A stretch of DNA of 64,000 nucleotides, taken from the NCBI GenBank assembly GCA_963827235.1, contig CAWHAE010000009.1, positions 224,001 to 288,000 on the forward strand. Reading direction: 5' to 3'. The position numbers and the translations under genes were made by a program. Origin of the DNA: an uncultured bacterium (GTDB lineage Bacteria > Chloroflexota > UBA5177 > JANWHV01). Below the pieces are notes generated by a model. It saw nothing but the letters and a program-made list of their open reading frames with translations, did not search any database and was not told the origin of the DNA. How positions within the stretch are numbered: position 1 is the stretch's first letter; each line of letters opens with the position of its first letter. This document shows, piece after piece, positions 52,804 through 62,843 of the stretch.

Positions 52804-52858
52804 GTTAGCCGAGTGTTAATGCCGGCTTAACGTGGGCTTAACGCTCACTTGCTAGAGT
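52804..52858 (+). promoter_or_regulatory. Pho-box-like direct repeat array
   Basis: GTTAGC(52804), GTTAAT(52815), CTTAAC(52826), CTTAAC(52837), CTTGCT(52848) at exact 11-bp period; TAGAGT at 52853. Confidence 0.65.
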
Positions 52859-52928
52859 GTATGGCGTACTGAAGCAACAGACGCTACAGTGTGACGTTTG
52901 CTGCGCCAACCAGGAAGGGAGTCTATCC

Positions 52929-53978
52929 ATGTCCAGATTGCCGCGGTTGTTGACGTCCATGCTGCCCGCCGCAATCCTCGCCTCAAACGCCGCCTTTGGT
53001 GGGCCGGCAGCGCGCGCCACGGGGCCAACGGCGCCGACCGTCGTCACCTTACCCGGTTACCAGATCAGCGTGTTCGCGCGCGGCACAAGTGCCTACTCCA
53101 ATCCCGATGCGATCGTGTCCGATGGCCAGCACGTCTATGTCGGCTTCCAGAACGTCACGGCGAAGGACGGCACCGACCACAAGAGCAGTACGGTGGTCGA
53201 GTACACCATGCACGGCACGGTTGTCCGTACCTTCGCCGCGCTCGGCCACTGCGACGGGCTGCGCATCGATCCGTCCTCGCACCTGCTCTGGGCCCTGAGC
53301 GATGAGGACGGCGATCCGCACCTGACCACCATCGATCCGGCCACAGGCGCCACCCAGCTCTATCAGTTTCCCAGGACGCCGCACGGCGGTGGCTACGACG
53401 ATATGGCGTTCTCTCATGGCATGGCCTTCATCGACGCCTCCAATCCAAACCTCGATAAGAACGGCGTCAACGTATTCCCTGCTCTGGACACGGTGACACT
53501 GAGCAAGAGCGAGGTGCATCTCACGACGGTGCTCATGGGGGATGCCCCGTCGCTGGACATCACGGCAGGAAACGACAAGACAGTCACACTCAATCTGATC
53601 GATCCGGATTCGCTCACCTTTGATTCCGCCGGCGATCTCGTCCTCGACAATCAGGCCGGCATGCAGCAGATCTTCATCAAGAGTCCCGGCACACCCCAGC
53701 AATCCGTACGCAGTCTGAATCTCGGCGACGCCGTGGACGATACGATCTGGCCGTCGTCTGCCGCCGGGCGACTCCTGATCAGTGACACGGGTTCCAACAC
53801 CATCTTCGCCCTGCACAGCACGGCGCTGGCGAAGGGGAGCGTGTATGGGGCGGCGCCCAACGATTCCGGCGTGGCGGGGTTCGTCGGCACCGTCGACCTG
53901 ACGTCCGGCATCATCACGCCGGTGGCGATAGGCTTTGCCAGTCCCCACGGCATGCTCTTCCTGCCGGACGGCATGTGA
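52929..53978 (+). CDS. Secreted hypothetical protein, probable beta-propeller
   Basis: GGGAG RBS; signal peptide ending ARA; blade-like motifs NPDAI, CDGLRIDP, GYDDMAF, DPDSLTFD, SPHGMLF. Confidence 0.75.
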   Translation: MSRLPRLLTSMLPAAILASNAAFGGPAARATGPTAPTVVTLPGYQISVFARGTSAYSNPDAIVSDGQHVYVGFQNVTAKDGTDHKSSTVVEYTMHGTVVRTFAALGHCDGLRIDPSSHLLWALSDEDGDPHLTTIDPATGATQLYQFPRTPHGGGYDDMAFSHGMAFIDASNPNLDKNGVNVFPALDTVTLSKSEVHLTTVLMGDAPSLDITAGNDKTVTLNLIDPDSLTFDSAGDLVLDNQAGMQQIFIKSPGTPQQSVRSLNLGDAVDDTIWPSSAAGRLLISDTGSNTIFALHSTALAKGSVYGAAPNDSGVAGFVGTVDLTSGIITPVAIGFASPHGMLFLPDGM

Positions 53979-54049
53979 GGTCCGCAGACGCGCCGAGGGA
54001 AACACGCCTGGTCTGACATGCCCGAGTGAGCGCCGGGACCCTGGCCGCG

Positions 54050-54222
54050 GAAGAGTCGGCATCGAACGCGATCTGCGGCCTCTGGCCCATCGCTACCTTG
54101 GCGTGGAGGGCGGTGACCGATGGGTCGAGGAGAACGGCGGCAGCAGGGCAGGGCAAGGCGACCTCCTGATCCGCCTGCGGCCCCAGATCTGGCTCTCCGC
54201 CGACTTCGGGAATGGCGACTGA
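54050..54222 (+). pseudogene. Pyridoxamine-phosphate-oxidase-like protein C-terminal remnant
   Basis: LAHRYLG.EGG......LIRLRP..WLSADF. Confidence 0.6.
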
Positions 54223-54399
54223 AGTACCTGGAAGCACGTCGACCAGCCGACAGGGGCCGCCGTCAAGAGCCATCGCGTTGCGTTTCTGACACCCAGAATA
54301 GGCTCGCCGTCTGGTTCACTGCAATTCCGGCCTCATGGCTTCCTACACAGCCTTCGCGTGCCCTGGCGAGCGGGCCGCTATGAACTCGCAGGGCACGTC

Positions 54400-54645
54400 G
54401 ACGCCATCGCCCCAGCATCTTACAGATTGGACCTACGCCGCTTGGATCCACACGTCGTTCATACGATTGTCCAAGACGCTGACGGCGGCGGCTTGACTGC
54501 GTGTTCGTTGGTGCGTAGCATGCCCATCCCAAGGCGCATTGCCGCATGGAGTCAGAGCCTGGCGTTCGACCGACTAACTGACGGTCTTTGGGCGAGCGAT
54601 CATTCTGGTATGTTCGTCGATCTAGCAGTTGGGAGGGACAGCTGA
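54400..54645 (+). pseudogene. Endonuclease/exonuclease/phosphatase C-terminal remnant
   Basis: YRLD...DGLWASDHSG..VDL. Confidence 0.4.
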
Positions 54646-54890
54646 ATTGGGGGGCGGAGTCTTGCCGTCTGCGTGCATCTGTCTTGTGGTCGTCGGGCCG
54701 CCGCCAAGACGTGGGCATGATGCTTAGCAGGAGTATGTGCAGGCCGCGGTCATCCGACGCCCGTCACTGTGCTTGCGTACACGTTGTCGCAAGCGCGTAC
54801 CTGAGTTGTGCTGTGCAGCCTGCCATGGGACAATGGCGCTGAGGCATCTCTGGCTCGAAAGGATCGGTGGGCGATTTGATACCAGTTGAC

Positions 54891-55499
54891 ATGGATCCGC
54901 TAGCAGTATCACGCCCTCGTGGCCAGCTCTCCACTACCTCCGATCTGACGGCGGAGGAGAAAGCCGTTGTAGCCAGGTTCCGCAACACCTCCTTCTTGCC
55001 GGCGAACCGGGTCGCAGGTGGATCGGTCTGGCAACAGCCGTCCCTTGGCGCCATCTTGCTGCTACCGGGGATGGTATGTGCCGAATTGGTTACGGCCAAT
55101 ATTCTAGCCTCAGCCTGGGTAGTGAAGACTACCGCACGCTATCTTGCGCCGGACTTCAGCGTGCTTGCGCTGCTGGATGCAGTACTCCTGGCGTGTTCCA
55201 TGGGCGTGGTACTTGCGCTCGCGCGGCGGGGCAAGTCACGTGCTCGCCGCACCGCTGTCGCGGGGATTGTCGCCTTTGTCCTATCCCTGGCGTTCCTGCT
55301 GGCTATTGCGGGGTCTGGCTCCCAGCTGGGCCTTGACACTCTACTGGGGTTTGGAGCAGCGGCGTTGGTGATCCCAATGGCGGCTGCGGGCTTCAGCATC
55401 ACCCGTGCCTTCCAGCTGCCTCGCGAGACTCCGCCGCTCATCGGCCCGCATGACATCAATTCGCTTGAAGGTGGCGCGGTCCGACTGCGCCAAGGCTAG
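54891..55499 (+). CDS. Membrane protein of unknown function (~4 TM)
   Basis: Four hydrophobic segments in an uninterrupted ORF. Confidence 0.55.
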   Translation: MDPLAVSRPRGQLSTTSDLTAEEKAVVARFRNTSFLPANRVAGGSVWQQPSLGAILLLPGMVCAELVTANILASAWVVKTTARYLAPDFSVLALLDAVLLACSMGVVLALARRGKSRARRTAVAGIVAFVLSLAFLLAIAGSGSQLGLDTLLGFGAAALVIPMAAAGFSITRAFQLPRETPPLIGPHDINSLEGGAVRLRQG

Positions 55500-55529
55500 C
55501 AGCGCTCCTCGCCGGCCTCTCTGCACCGC

Positions 55530-55770
55530 TTGGGGCGCGCGCAATTTGAGCAAATCGATCTTCATCCGACCATATCCGCTCCTCTTGATGAGTTTGTTCA
55601 CACTACCCTCCACGGATCCCAATGTCCACGAAAGCGTGAGTGCGGCCCGGACAGCAGCATCCTCCTGCTCCAGGCTCGTGGCGAAGTTGCGCAGCTCTGC
55701 TGTAGACCCAGCACGGCACTCTCGCAAGCCAGGGGTCGAGGTCATCGCGACGCCGTTGGCGCTCCATGGC
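55530..55770 (-). mobile_element. ISL3-family transposase C-terminal remnant
   Basis: ELRNFA.SL..E.AAV.AALT..W..G.VEG.VNK..KR..YGR...DLL. Confidence 0.85.
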
Positions 55771-56158
55771 CCGGAACCGCGCGACCATCCGCTGGAGCCA
55801 GACCAGTTCGCAGACGGTTCCAGAGCACACGATTCTCGGGGGCCAGTGTCTCGTCGCCAGCCTGAAGCACCAACCATGAGCGTTCCTTGGGGCCAGGCAG
55901 CGGCATGAGTGGGACCGACGGCTTGGCCAGCCCGAGACGATGCGCACAGATCCACTTGGATGCGAGCGAGCGCCCACCATCGACGCCCTGTGCGCTGATC
56001 TCCTGCTATAGGCGACTCTGATTGGTGCAACCTTCGCTGAGCCGGCGCAGCATGCATGACGCAGAGCGATCCACTGTTCTCCGGCGTCGGTAGCCCCGAC
56101 GTTCGGGCGGCAGCACGTCTGCACGAAGCCAGGGCCGCACGGTCGCCACATAGGCGCG

Positions 56159-56203
56159 GTGTTCGGCGTGAGCCGCACGACCGTCTACCGCGCCCTACGG
56201 CGC
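56159..56203 (+). pseudogene. Resolvase/invertase HTH remnant
   Basis: VFGVSRTTVYRALR. Confidence 0.5.
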
Positions 56204-56264
56204 GAACACACGATTATGCGAAGGTCTGACCGGATGCCTCAACAGGACATCGGAAAACCGACGG

Positions 56265-56549
56265 CTACTTTACCGCCTTGGACGTGTTCCCGAGCGACGC
56301 AGCGATCTGGGCTTGTTCCGATTGCGGCACGCTGAGCGACGAAATGATCCGACTGACGCTGCGGTTTCCCCCTCGGGCCAACGCGGCCCGTGCTTGCCCG
56401 GTGTACTGGACCGTCGTGACCGAGGCCGCCGTGGACTTGGGTGCTGCGGCCTGAACCACCGCCGCCCGCGCGGCTTGCACGGCGGATGCAGCGTGCGCCG
56501 GGGTCTGTTGGGCATTCGCCGCCGAGGCGAGTTGTGCTTGCTTCGACAT
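56265..56549 (-). CDS. Small Ala/Gln-rich hypothetical protein
   Basis: ATG-initiated ORF with AGGAAAG upstream; no family recognised. Confidence 0.3.
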   Translation of the reverse strand: MSKQAQLASAANAQQTPAHAASAVQAARAAVVQAAAPKSTAASVTTVQYTGQARAALARGGNRSVSRIISSLSVPQSEQAQIAASLGNTSKAVK

Positions 56550-56789
56550 GGTGACGGTGACGGCTGGCTGTGCCGGAGGTGGTCTTTCCTCCTTCGGAGG
56601 CGCAAGGATGGCAGCCCGATGCTCGATCGCTCACCTGATAGTCTTCGGCAGAAGGCGGCACATCGAGAGGCCCTAAAATCGAGATGCAGGATCCTTCTTT
56701 GGCGTCGCCTCGAATAGGATAGCCTTCAAGTCGTGCGAATTCGAGCCCAGACCCGCACATGCCTGCTGCTGAAGGACTCCGGCAGCGGC

Positions 56790-57240
56790 CGACGTGCGAT
56801 AGCCAGGGCGACCACCACGGCGATGGCCATACTGCCGGCGACATCCATGGTGTGATGGGCGCCGATGCCGAGTCGTCCGAGCGCGATGAGGAGGGTGCCG
56901 AGCGCGAAGCATGGCAGCTTGCCACGATCGATCTACCGGAGGCTTGCCGTAAGAGCGGAAGCCAGCAGTGTATGGTCCGAGGGAAAGCCGTTGTCGTGTC
57001 GGACGGGCGTGAGCGCCGACGAGAGCGCCACGAAGTCCGGGCGCGGATCGGAGATGAGTCCGTTGAGAGCTTGCGCGAGTAGCGCGGCGAGCAACAGAAG
57101 CAGCGCGATACGTGCGGCGTCAACGAAGGACATCCGCGCAATGCGCATCGCCGCAACCACGAGCCAGGCCGCACACAGCAGGTAGAGCACATAGACCGCT
57201 AGGCCGCTGGCTATATCGCGAGTGACGCTGTGCCGCTGCT
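56790..57240 (-). pseudogene. PAP2 / BcrC-like undecaprenyl-diphosphatase, disrupted
   Basis: PRP and FPSDH in one frame; ARLG.HH.MDV-like segment in another. Confidence 0.65.
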
Positions 57241-57499
57241 TGCGGTAAGTCACGTTCCCCCATCGTGTCGACGTGATACATGCGACGAGCACCCTCAGCC
57301 CGACCCGTTTAACCGGCGACATTGAGGCCCTTGGTCCCCAGCCCGACCTCCAGTTGCGGTATCTGGGCCCCAAGCACCAAGCTGATCGGGCCGTTCATGA
57401 TCGCGTTCTCCTGGTCCAGGATCACTTGGCCGATGCCCTTGATCACCCCGGAACCCGTGGTGCCGCCCGTCCGGCCTATCGAGAAACCGGCGCTGCCGT

Positions 57500-57952
57500 C
57501 TATGCGTCGCTGATGGTCGTGCTGTGCGTGGGCACGTCGTGGGCGAGATTCTCCGTGGGGCTCAGATACTCAATCCACCAGCCGCGGAAGAACGTCACTT
57601 CGTATCCGCCGCATGCGGTAATCACGCGCGCGGCCGCCTGCGCGTCCAGTAGCGCAGGGATGGGCACGGCGAGCACGATGTGCTCGTGGCGGAGATGCCG
57701 CGCGTAGATCGTGGCCAGATGGCTCTCGCCACCCAGTCTCTTACAGAAGCGCGCGAGCCGGCCGTACAGACCGGCACGCCGTGCTGGGTGCTCTAACGCC
57801 GGCGCCTCGCAGGGCAACAACACCTCGGGTTGCAGACCAATCCGACGGAGGCCCCCCTCCGCGCGCCGGCACGCTGCCGCATCATCGACGACCGCGAACA
57901 CATGATGCCTACGCGGCGTGCCAGCGCCATCGATCGACGCCATATGTGCCAT
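57500..57952 (-). CDS. Hypothetical protein
   Basis: AGGAG RBS; HVFAVVDD...Y...L.....VLAV....GG....FF. Confidence 0.55.
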   Translation of the reverse strand: MAHMASIDGAGTPRRHHVFAVVDDAAACRRAEGGLRRIGLQPEVLLPCEAPALEHPARRAGLYGRLARFCKRLGGESHLATIYARHLRHEHIVLAVPIPALLDAQAAARVITACGGYEVTFFRGWWIEYLSPTENLAHDVPTHSTTISDA

Positions 57953-58084
57953 CGCAGCCGCCTATCTCCTGGTGGTCATGTCCGCCACCATTGTCGCACG
58001 GCCGCCACGATGTGTGTACGTCGGTCAGCGGCGCAGCCTGGATATGCTGGCAAGGGGCTGCGCGCGGAACCGTGCCGGTGCCGC

Positions 58085-58377
58085 ATGCAGCGGCGGCTCA
58101 CCCTGAGCGCGTACAGGCAGTGGTCTCGCGCGGTGGCCGACCCGATCTCGCCGGCGATGCGCTTCCGCGCATCGAAGCGCCCACGCTGCTGATCGTCGGT
58201 GGCAACGATCCTCAGGCGCTGCTGCTGAATCAACAAGCACAGGCACTGCTGCATGCAGAGCACAACGTCCAGATCATCCCGGGAGCAACGCATCTGTTCG
58301 AGGAACCGGGCGCGCTCGAGAAAGTGGCGCGTCTGGCGCGGCAATGGTTCACGGCGTATCTTCGCCGGGCCTCGTAG
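58085..58377 (+). pseudogene. Dienelactone-hydrolase-like alpha/beta hydrolase, C-terminal part only
   Basis: AVVSRGGRPDLAG..L....APTLLIVGG.D, IIPGATHLFEEPGALE.VA. Confidence 0.85.
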
Positions 58378-58575
58378 CGGCGCACCGCAACTACGTGGCC
58401 CGGAGCCATCGCCTGTCCGCCCGCGCAGGCGGAGCACTGACGGTTCTCCGTTCACACAGAGTTTGCAGAACGACCACAGCTGGTTACACGACGGCAACAG
58501 CCCGGAAACAGTCTCGTCCTATGCTGGTTCTCGTACACCAGATTGCTGGTGATGCAGTAGACAGCGGAGGAAGAG

Positions 58576-58845
58576 ATGAAGGCGTTCCGACAGTCCGGCA
58601 AGCGAATCCTTGGTGGCGTGGTCGTGTCAACCGTCCTGGTCCTGGCAGCCGTCGCTCCGACGGCGACTCACGCAGCAGCCTCTGCGCACACCACGGCGTT
58701 GGGCATTCCCAAGCGCTGCCAGCCGATCATGAGCGAGATCCAGAATCTCAGCCCGGCGGACTTCCCCAACCAGCAGGCTTTTCAGAACGCCTTGCGTGCC
58801 CTGATGAGCGAGTTGCATGCCTGCGAGCAGCACTACGGGAAGTAG
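58576..58845 (+). CDS. Small secreted protein with two Cys
   Basis: GGAGG RBS; signal peptide; helical mature part with Cys in KRCQ and HACE. Confidence 0.65.
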   Translation: MKAFRQSGKRILGGVVVSTVLVLAAVAPTATHAAASAHTTALGIPKRCQPIMSEIQNLSPADFPNQQAFQNALRALMSELHACEQHYGK

Positions 58846-58889
58846 GCAGGAGGTTAGGCGGCCTGCCGAGCGGGCCTGTGTGTGAGGCG

Positions 58890-58965
58890 GACAGGGATGA
58901 GTACCGCATCCCTGTCCGCCTCGCCCAGATCGACCTGGCTACCATGGTCGGCGCCACGCGGGTCC
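58890..58965 (+). pseudogene. Crp/Fnr HTH remnant
   Basis: RIPVRLAQIDLATMVGATR. Confidence 0.55.
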
Positions 58966-59106
58966 AGTCAGCCCGCGCTCTCGCCCCGCGTCGGCGCGGT
59001 ATCCTGGCAACGACCGCTGTAGCAGCGCGCAGAGTGCGCCGGGCCGGCGCCTGGCGACCGCAGGCGTACTTCGGAGAACTGACCAGCCATACTGCTGCAA
59101 GAAGCG

Positions 59107-59289
59107 ATGATCGAGCGACTGCGGGCCCTGTGCCAGGGTGATACGCATGTCCACGCCGCCCTCCTGGGCGGGTCGTTCTCCCAACGCGACGGCGATGCCT
59201 TTGCCGACATCGATGCGGTGCTCTTCTTCGCCGGCGAGGCCCTGCCGGCTCTGGACCAAGTGGCAGGGGGCAGGGGGAGTTCTTTCTAA
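59107..59289 (+). pseudogene. Pol-beta-like nucleotidyltransferase N-terminal remnant
   Basis: AALLGGSFSQ..GDAFADID. Confidence 0.6.
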
Positions 59290-59314
59290 CCGTCGGTGTC
59301 CTCATCTCACGAGC

Positions 59315-61579
59315 CTACGGCACAGGTACGTTTGTCACCTGCATCCACGTCGCGGCACCATTCACCGGTGCCTCCTGCTCGATACTGATCGCCGATTGCG
59401 CCAGATCGCCGCCGACTGTGAAGCTGAGCGCGCCCTCGACACCGTTCAGCTTGGTCGCTGCGACCTGGGCCAGCACGCCGGTTCGGAGGTTCTGAGCCGC
59501 TGCCGGCGCGCCCGCTGCGCTCGGCAGTTGCGCACCTTCGCCAATCGCGACCTTGATCGCCGAGATCAGGACGGTTGCGCTATCGTAGCCGGTCCCGCTG
59601 AAGGGCCCGGGTGCGCCGAATCTCGCCTGGTATTGCTGCACGAATGAAGCAGCGGTTAGCACAGTGGTGAAGTCCGCGGGCGTCAGCGTGCTGAAGACCA
59701 GGCCGCCGGCCGCCGGCTGGACCGCCTGGAGGAATGGCACGGTCCGTATGCCGTCTGTTCCGGCGAACGACGTGTGTGCGAGCGAAGGAACCTCCAGCAT
59801 CTGCTCGCGGACACTGATGCTGTCCGGCGTCCCCGTTGCCGGATCGCTGCCACCGTAAAAGATCACGTCTGGCTGCTCGGCGGAGATCTCCGTGAGGGCA
59901 TTGAGGTAGTCGGCGGTGCCCTCCGGCAGGCTGATATGGTCCAGTAGGTTGCCGCCAAGCGCCTTCCAGGTCTGGCTGAAAGCAGCGGCGACTGTAGCGC
60001 CATAGGCAGTCGCGTCGTCCACGACAGAAGCCCTCCTGTACCCTTTGATGAGGAACAGATACTGGGCCATGGCGCTGCCTTGCTGCGCGTCGGTCGGTAT
60101 TGTGCGGAAGAAGGTGAGGTTACTCGTCGGGCGAACGGTCGCGAGCTCCGTGGTCGCGGCGACGCAGCCCGTCGCGGCGCTGTTGCTGGTCAAACACGGG
60201 TCGCCGGCCGAAGGGCTGACGACGGTGATGCCTGCTCTGTTTGCCAGGGGAAGCTCCAGCAGTGCCGTCGTAGTGTCAAACGGCCCGATGATGCCTGCCA
60301 CGTGCGAGTCGCCGATCAGCGAGGTGACGGCGGCAGCACCGGTAGCGCCGTCCGGGGCGCCGCCTGCACCGGTGTCATCCATGGCGTCCAGCGCAAAGGT
60401 TACGCCGGGCACGAAGTTGGCGGCATTCGCCTGATCGATCGCCAACTGCGCCCCGTGCTCGGCCGCGAGACCTTGTGCCGCATCCTTGCCGCTGAGCGGC
60501 AGGACCAGTCCCAGCTTGATCGTCGTCGAGACCGCCTGCGTGGCGGCAACGGTTGCCGTGGGCGTCGACGTCGATTGGCTGGCCCTAGTTATAGGGGTCG
60601 ACGTCGGCGTAGCCGACGGCTGAGCAGGAGGGATACCGGTTCCCTGATTCGACACCGGCATGCCCACAAGGCCGACGGTGTTTTGCGCCTCATCCACGAC
60701 GAAGCCGACGATCTCTCCGGCATTGTTGATGCCGTTGATCACCGTCGCGGTCACACCCGGTGCCTCAACCGAGTGGTAGGCGCGCGACGTGACGTCGAAG
60801 ATAAAGCCGTGAGTGTTGCCAGCGGAATCCTGGTAGAAGCCGACAACCTGTCCATCGTCGTTCTCACCCAGTGCCTGCGTGAAGGCAGAGCCAGGATAGA
60901 TGAGGAGGCTGAGCGTGCCGCCCTGCACCATGAAGCCGGCCGACGTGGTGTCGGAAGGCTGGGTGAAGCCCACGACAGTGCCGGAGTCGTTGATCCCGGT
61001 TGCCTGGCTATCGGCTAGCGGCAGCACCTGGAACGTGCCACTGCTCGAGCGAACATACGCGTGGTCGTGCCCTTGCGCATCCTGGTAGTAGCCCGCGGCC
61101 TGGCCGCGATTGTTGATACCCAGGATCTGGTTGAACTTTGTTCCCGGTCGATCCACGGTCTTGAACCGGCCGTTGACGTGCAGGAAACCATGGGTCGTGC
61201 CGGCATGGTCGATATAGAAGCCGCCGCTATTGCCCTGGTTGTCGATGGCGATCACCTGCGTCTGCATCGACTGCGGAAAGTTCTCCGCTGTGTAGCTGGA
61301 CGGCAGCGTGAGCGTAAAGCCCTGGTTCGGATGCAGGATGCCTCCCAGTATCTGCCCGGCCCCATAGTAGCCGGCGATGGCCCCGTGGCCGTTAATGCCG
61401 AGCAACTGCGTGAAGGTCGGGTCGTGCGGGCTCGCGATGTGCTGGAAGGTATACGCAGTCGCTGCGGCCTGCGGAATGGCAGAGGTGCGGGCCGCGGCAG
61501 TCAAAGCCGGAGTGCCGGCAACGCTCGCTGCGATTGCGAACGCGCCGAGCAGAGAAACGAGGTACGGTGGCGTCTTCAT
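59315..61579 (-). CDS. Secreted fusion: six-repeat HAF-like beta-propeller, Pro/Thr linker, LivJ/LivK-type binding domain
   Basis: AAAGGA RBS; signal peptide; six GIN..G..VG(F/Y) repeats; linker PSATPTSTP; IKLGLVLPLSG, GAQLAIDQAN, FFRTIPTD.QQG, D..AYG, YDSA. Confidence 0.85.
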   Translation of the reverse strand: MKTPPYLVSLLGAFAIAASVAGTPALTAAARTSAIPQAAATAYTFQHIASPHDPTFTQLLGINGHGAIAGYYGAGQILGGILHPNQGFTLTLPSSYTAENFPQSMQTQVIAIDNQGNSGGFYIDHAGTTHGFLHVNGRFKTVDRPGTKFNQILGINNRGQAAGYYQDAQGHDHAYVRSSSGTFQVLPLADSQATGINDSGTVVGFTQPSDTTSAGFMVQGGTLSLLIYPGSAFTQALGENDDGQVVGFYQDSAGNTHGFIFDVTSRAYHSVEAPGVTATVINGINNAGEIVGFVVDEAQNTVGLVGMPVSNQGTGIPPAQPSATPTSTPITRASQSTSTPTATVAATQAVSTTIKLGLVLPLSGKDAAQGLAAEHGAQLAIDQANAANFVPGVTFALDAMDDTGAGGAPDGATGAAAVTSLIGDSHVAGIIGPFDTTTALLELPLANRAGITVVSPSAGDPCLTSNSAATGCVAATTELATVRPTSNLTFFRTIPTDAQQGSAMAQYLFLIKGYRRASVVDDATAYGATVAAAFSQTWKALGGNLLDHISLPEGTADYLNALTEISAEQPDVIFYGGSDPATGTPDSISVREQMLEVPSLAHTSFAGTDGIRTVPFLQAVQPAAGGLVFSTLTPADFTTVLTAASFVQQYQARFGAPGPFSGTGYDSATVLISAIKVAIGEGAQLPSAAGAPAAAQNLRTGVLAQVAATKLNGVEGALSFTVGGDLAQSAISIEQEAPVNGAATWMQVTNVPVP

Positions 61580-62183
61580 GGTGATGTCCTTTCGAGAGAC
61601 GGCGTCTTGCAAGTCTCAGTATGAGCCGCCAGAAGGGGCCAAACCACGGTCGTAGCCCTGACAACGCCCGGACAATAGGTGCCGCTGCACCGCCTGTCAG
61701 GCGCTTTCGACTCCCTCACCGTTGTCGCTGGAGACGTCAGCGTCGAACAACGCCCGTCCGTGTGGTACTACCTGTGATCACTGACAGCGTTGCTGTCGCT
61801 GCTCGTTGGCCGAAGCCCCGACTGCTGGTCCTACGCCAAGCACTTCGCCCTCCTTGACCGCCTGTTTGAGCCTGTCACCTCGTGCGTGCTGTCCGTCGGA
61901 TCTGCGTGTCGTGGCCGCCCTGCACAAGGCCACGCGGCTGCCGTTCGTCCGCCTCTGCAGTCAAACTCCTCCACCTGCGACCGGGCCGCAGTCCTGGTAC
62001 TCCCCAGGGCAAGAGGCGCGCAAGGCCGCTCGCCACGCTGCCGGAATGCATTGGGCAGCTTGTCTTGACTCTTACGCCAAGCGCTCGCTCATAATTGAGC
62101 CACTACCCTCGCGAGCGCAGTGCGTGCTGGCGTCCCTCGCTGCCTCCAGAGGGCAACGGCATGCTTCGTAACCCCGGAGGTGT

Positions 62184-62813
62184 ATGATGGCTGCGGCGAA
62201 CTGGCAGATCAAGGGCGACTACTTCGAGAACTGCAACTGCGACGTCGTCTGCCCCTGCCTCTTCTCGAGCATGGCACCCATGACAGCACGGCCGACGCAA
62301 GGCGTCTGTGATGTCGCCTTTGGTTTTCACATAGACAGCGGCACATTCGGCGGCACCACACTCGACGGCTTGAACGTCGCCCTGACCGCGCACACGCCGG
62401 GCCCGATGGCAAACGGCGGCTGGTCCGTCGCCGTGTACCTCGATGAGCGCGCCGACCCGACCCAGCGCGATGCGCTCACCGCCATCTTCAGCGGCAGCGC
62501 TGGCGGCGTGATGGGTGCGCTCGCACCGCTCATTGCGACGGTTCTCGGCGTAAAGGCGGTGCCTATCGCCTTCCACAAGGACGGTCTCCGGCGCAGCCTG
62601 CAGATCCCCGGCATCATGCAGCTGGGCGTCCAGGCAGCGCCCAGCATCGCGGCGCAATCGGCCATCATGGCGGCCAACGCCCACCCCTTCAACCCGGCAG
62701 GCGTGGCCATGGCGGTGGGCAGCGACCAAAGCACCTGGACCGACTACGGCATGCACTGGGACAACTCCGGTAAGAACGGCCACTACGCCGAGATCGCCTG
62801 GTCCAACGCCTGA
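62184..62813 (+). CDS. DUF1326 protein
   Basis: W.IKGDYFENCNC...CPC, YLDERA...QR.AL..IFSG..GG. Confidence 0.92.
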   Translation: MMAAANWQIKGDYFENCNCDVVCPCLFSSMAPMTARPTQGVCDVAFGFHIDSGTFGGTTLDGLNVALTAHTPGPMANGGWSVAVYLDERADPTQRDALTAIFSGSAGGVMGALAPLIATVLGVKAVPIAFHKDGLRRSLQIPGIMQLGVQAAPSIAAQSAIMAANAHPFNPAGVAMAVGSDQSTWTDYGMHWDNSGKNGHYAEIAWSNA

Positions 62814-62843
62814 ATCGCCGCACTGCTGGCCGGGAGTGCACCC

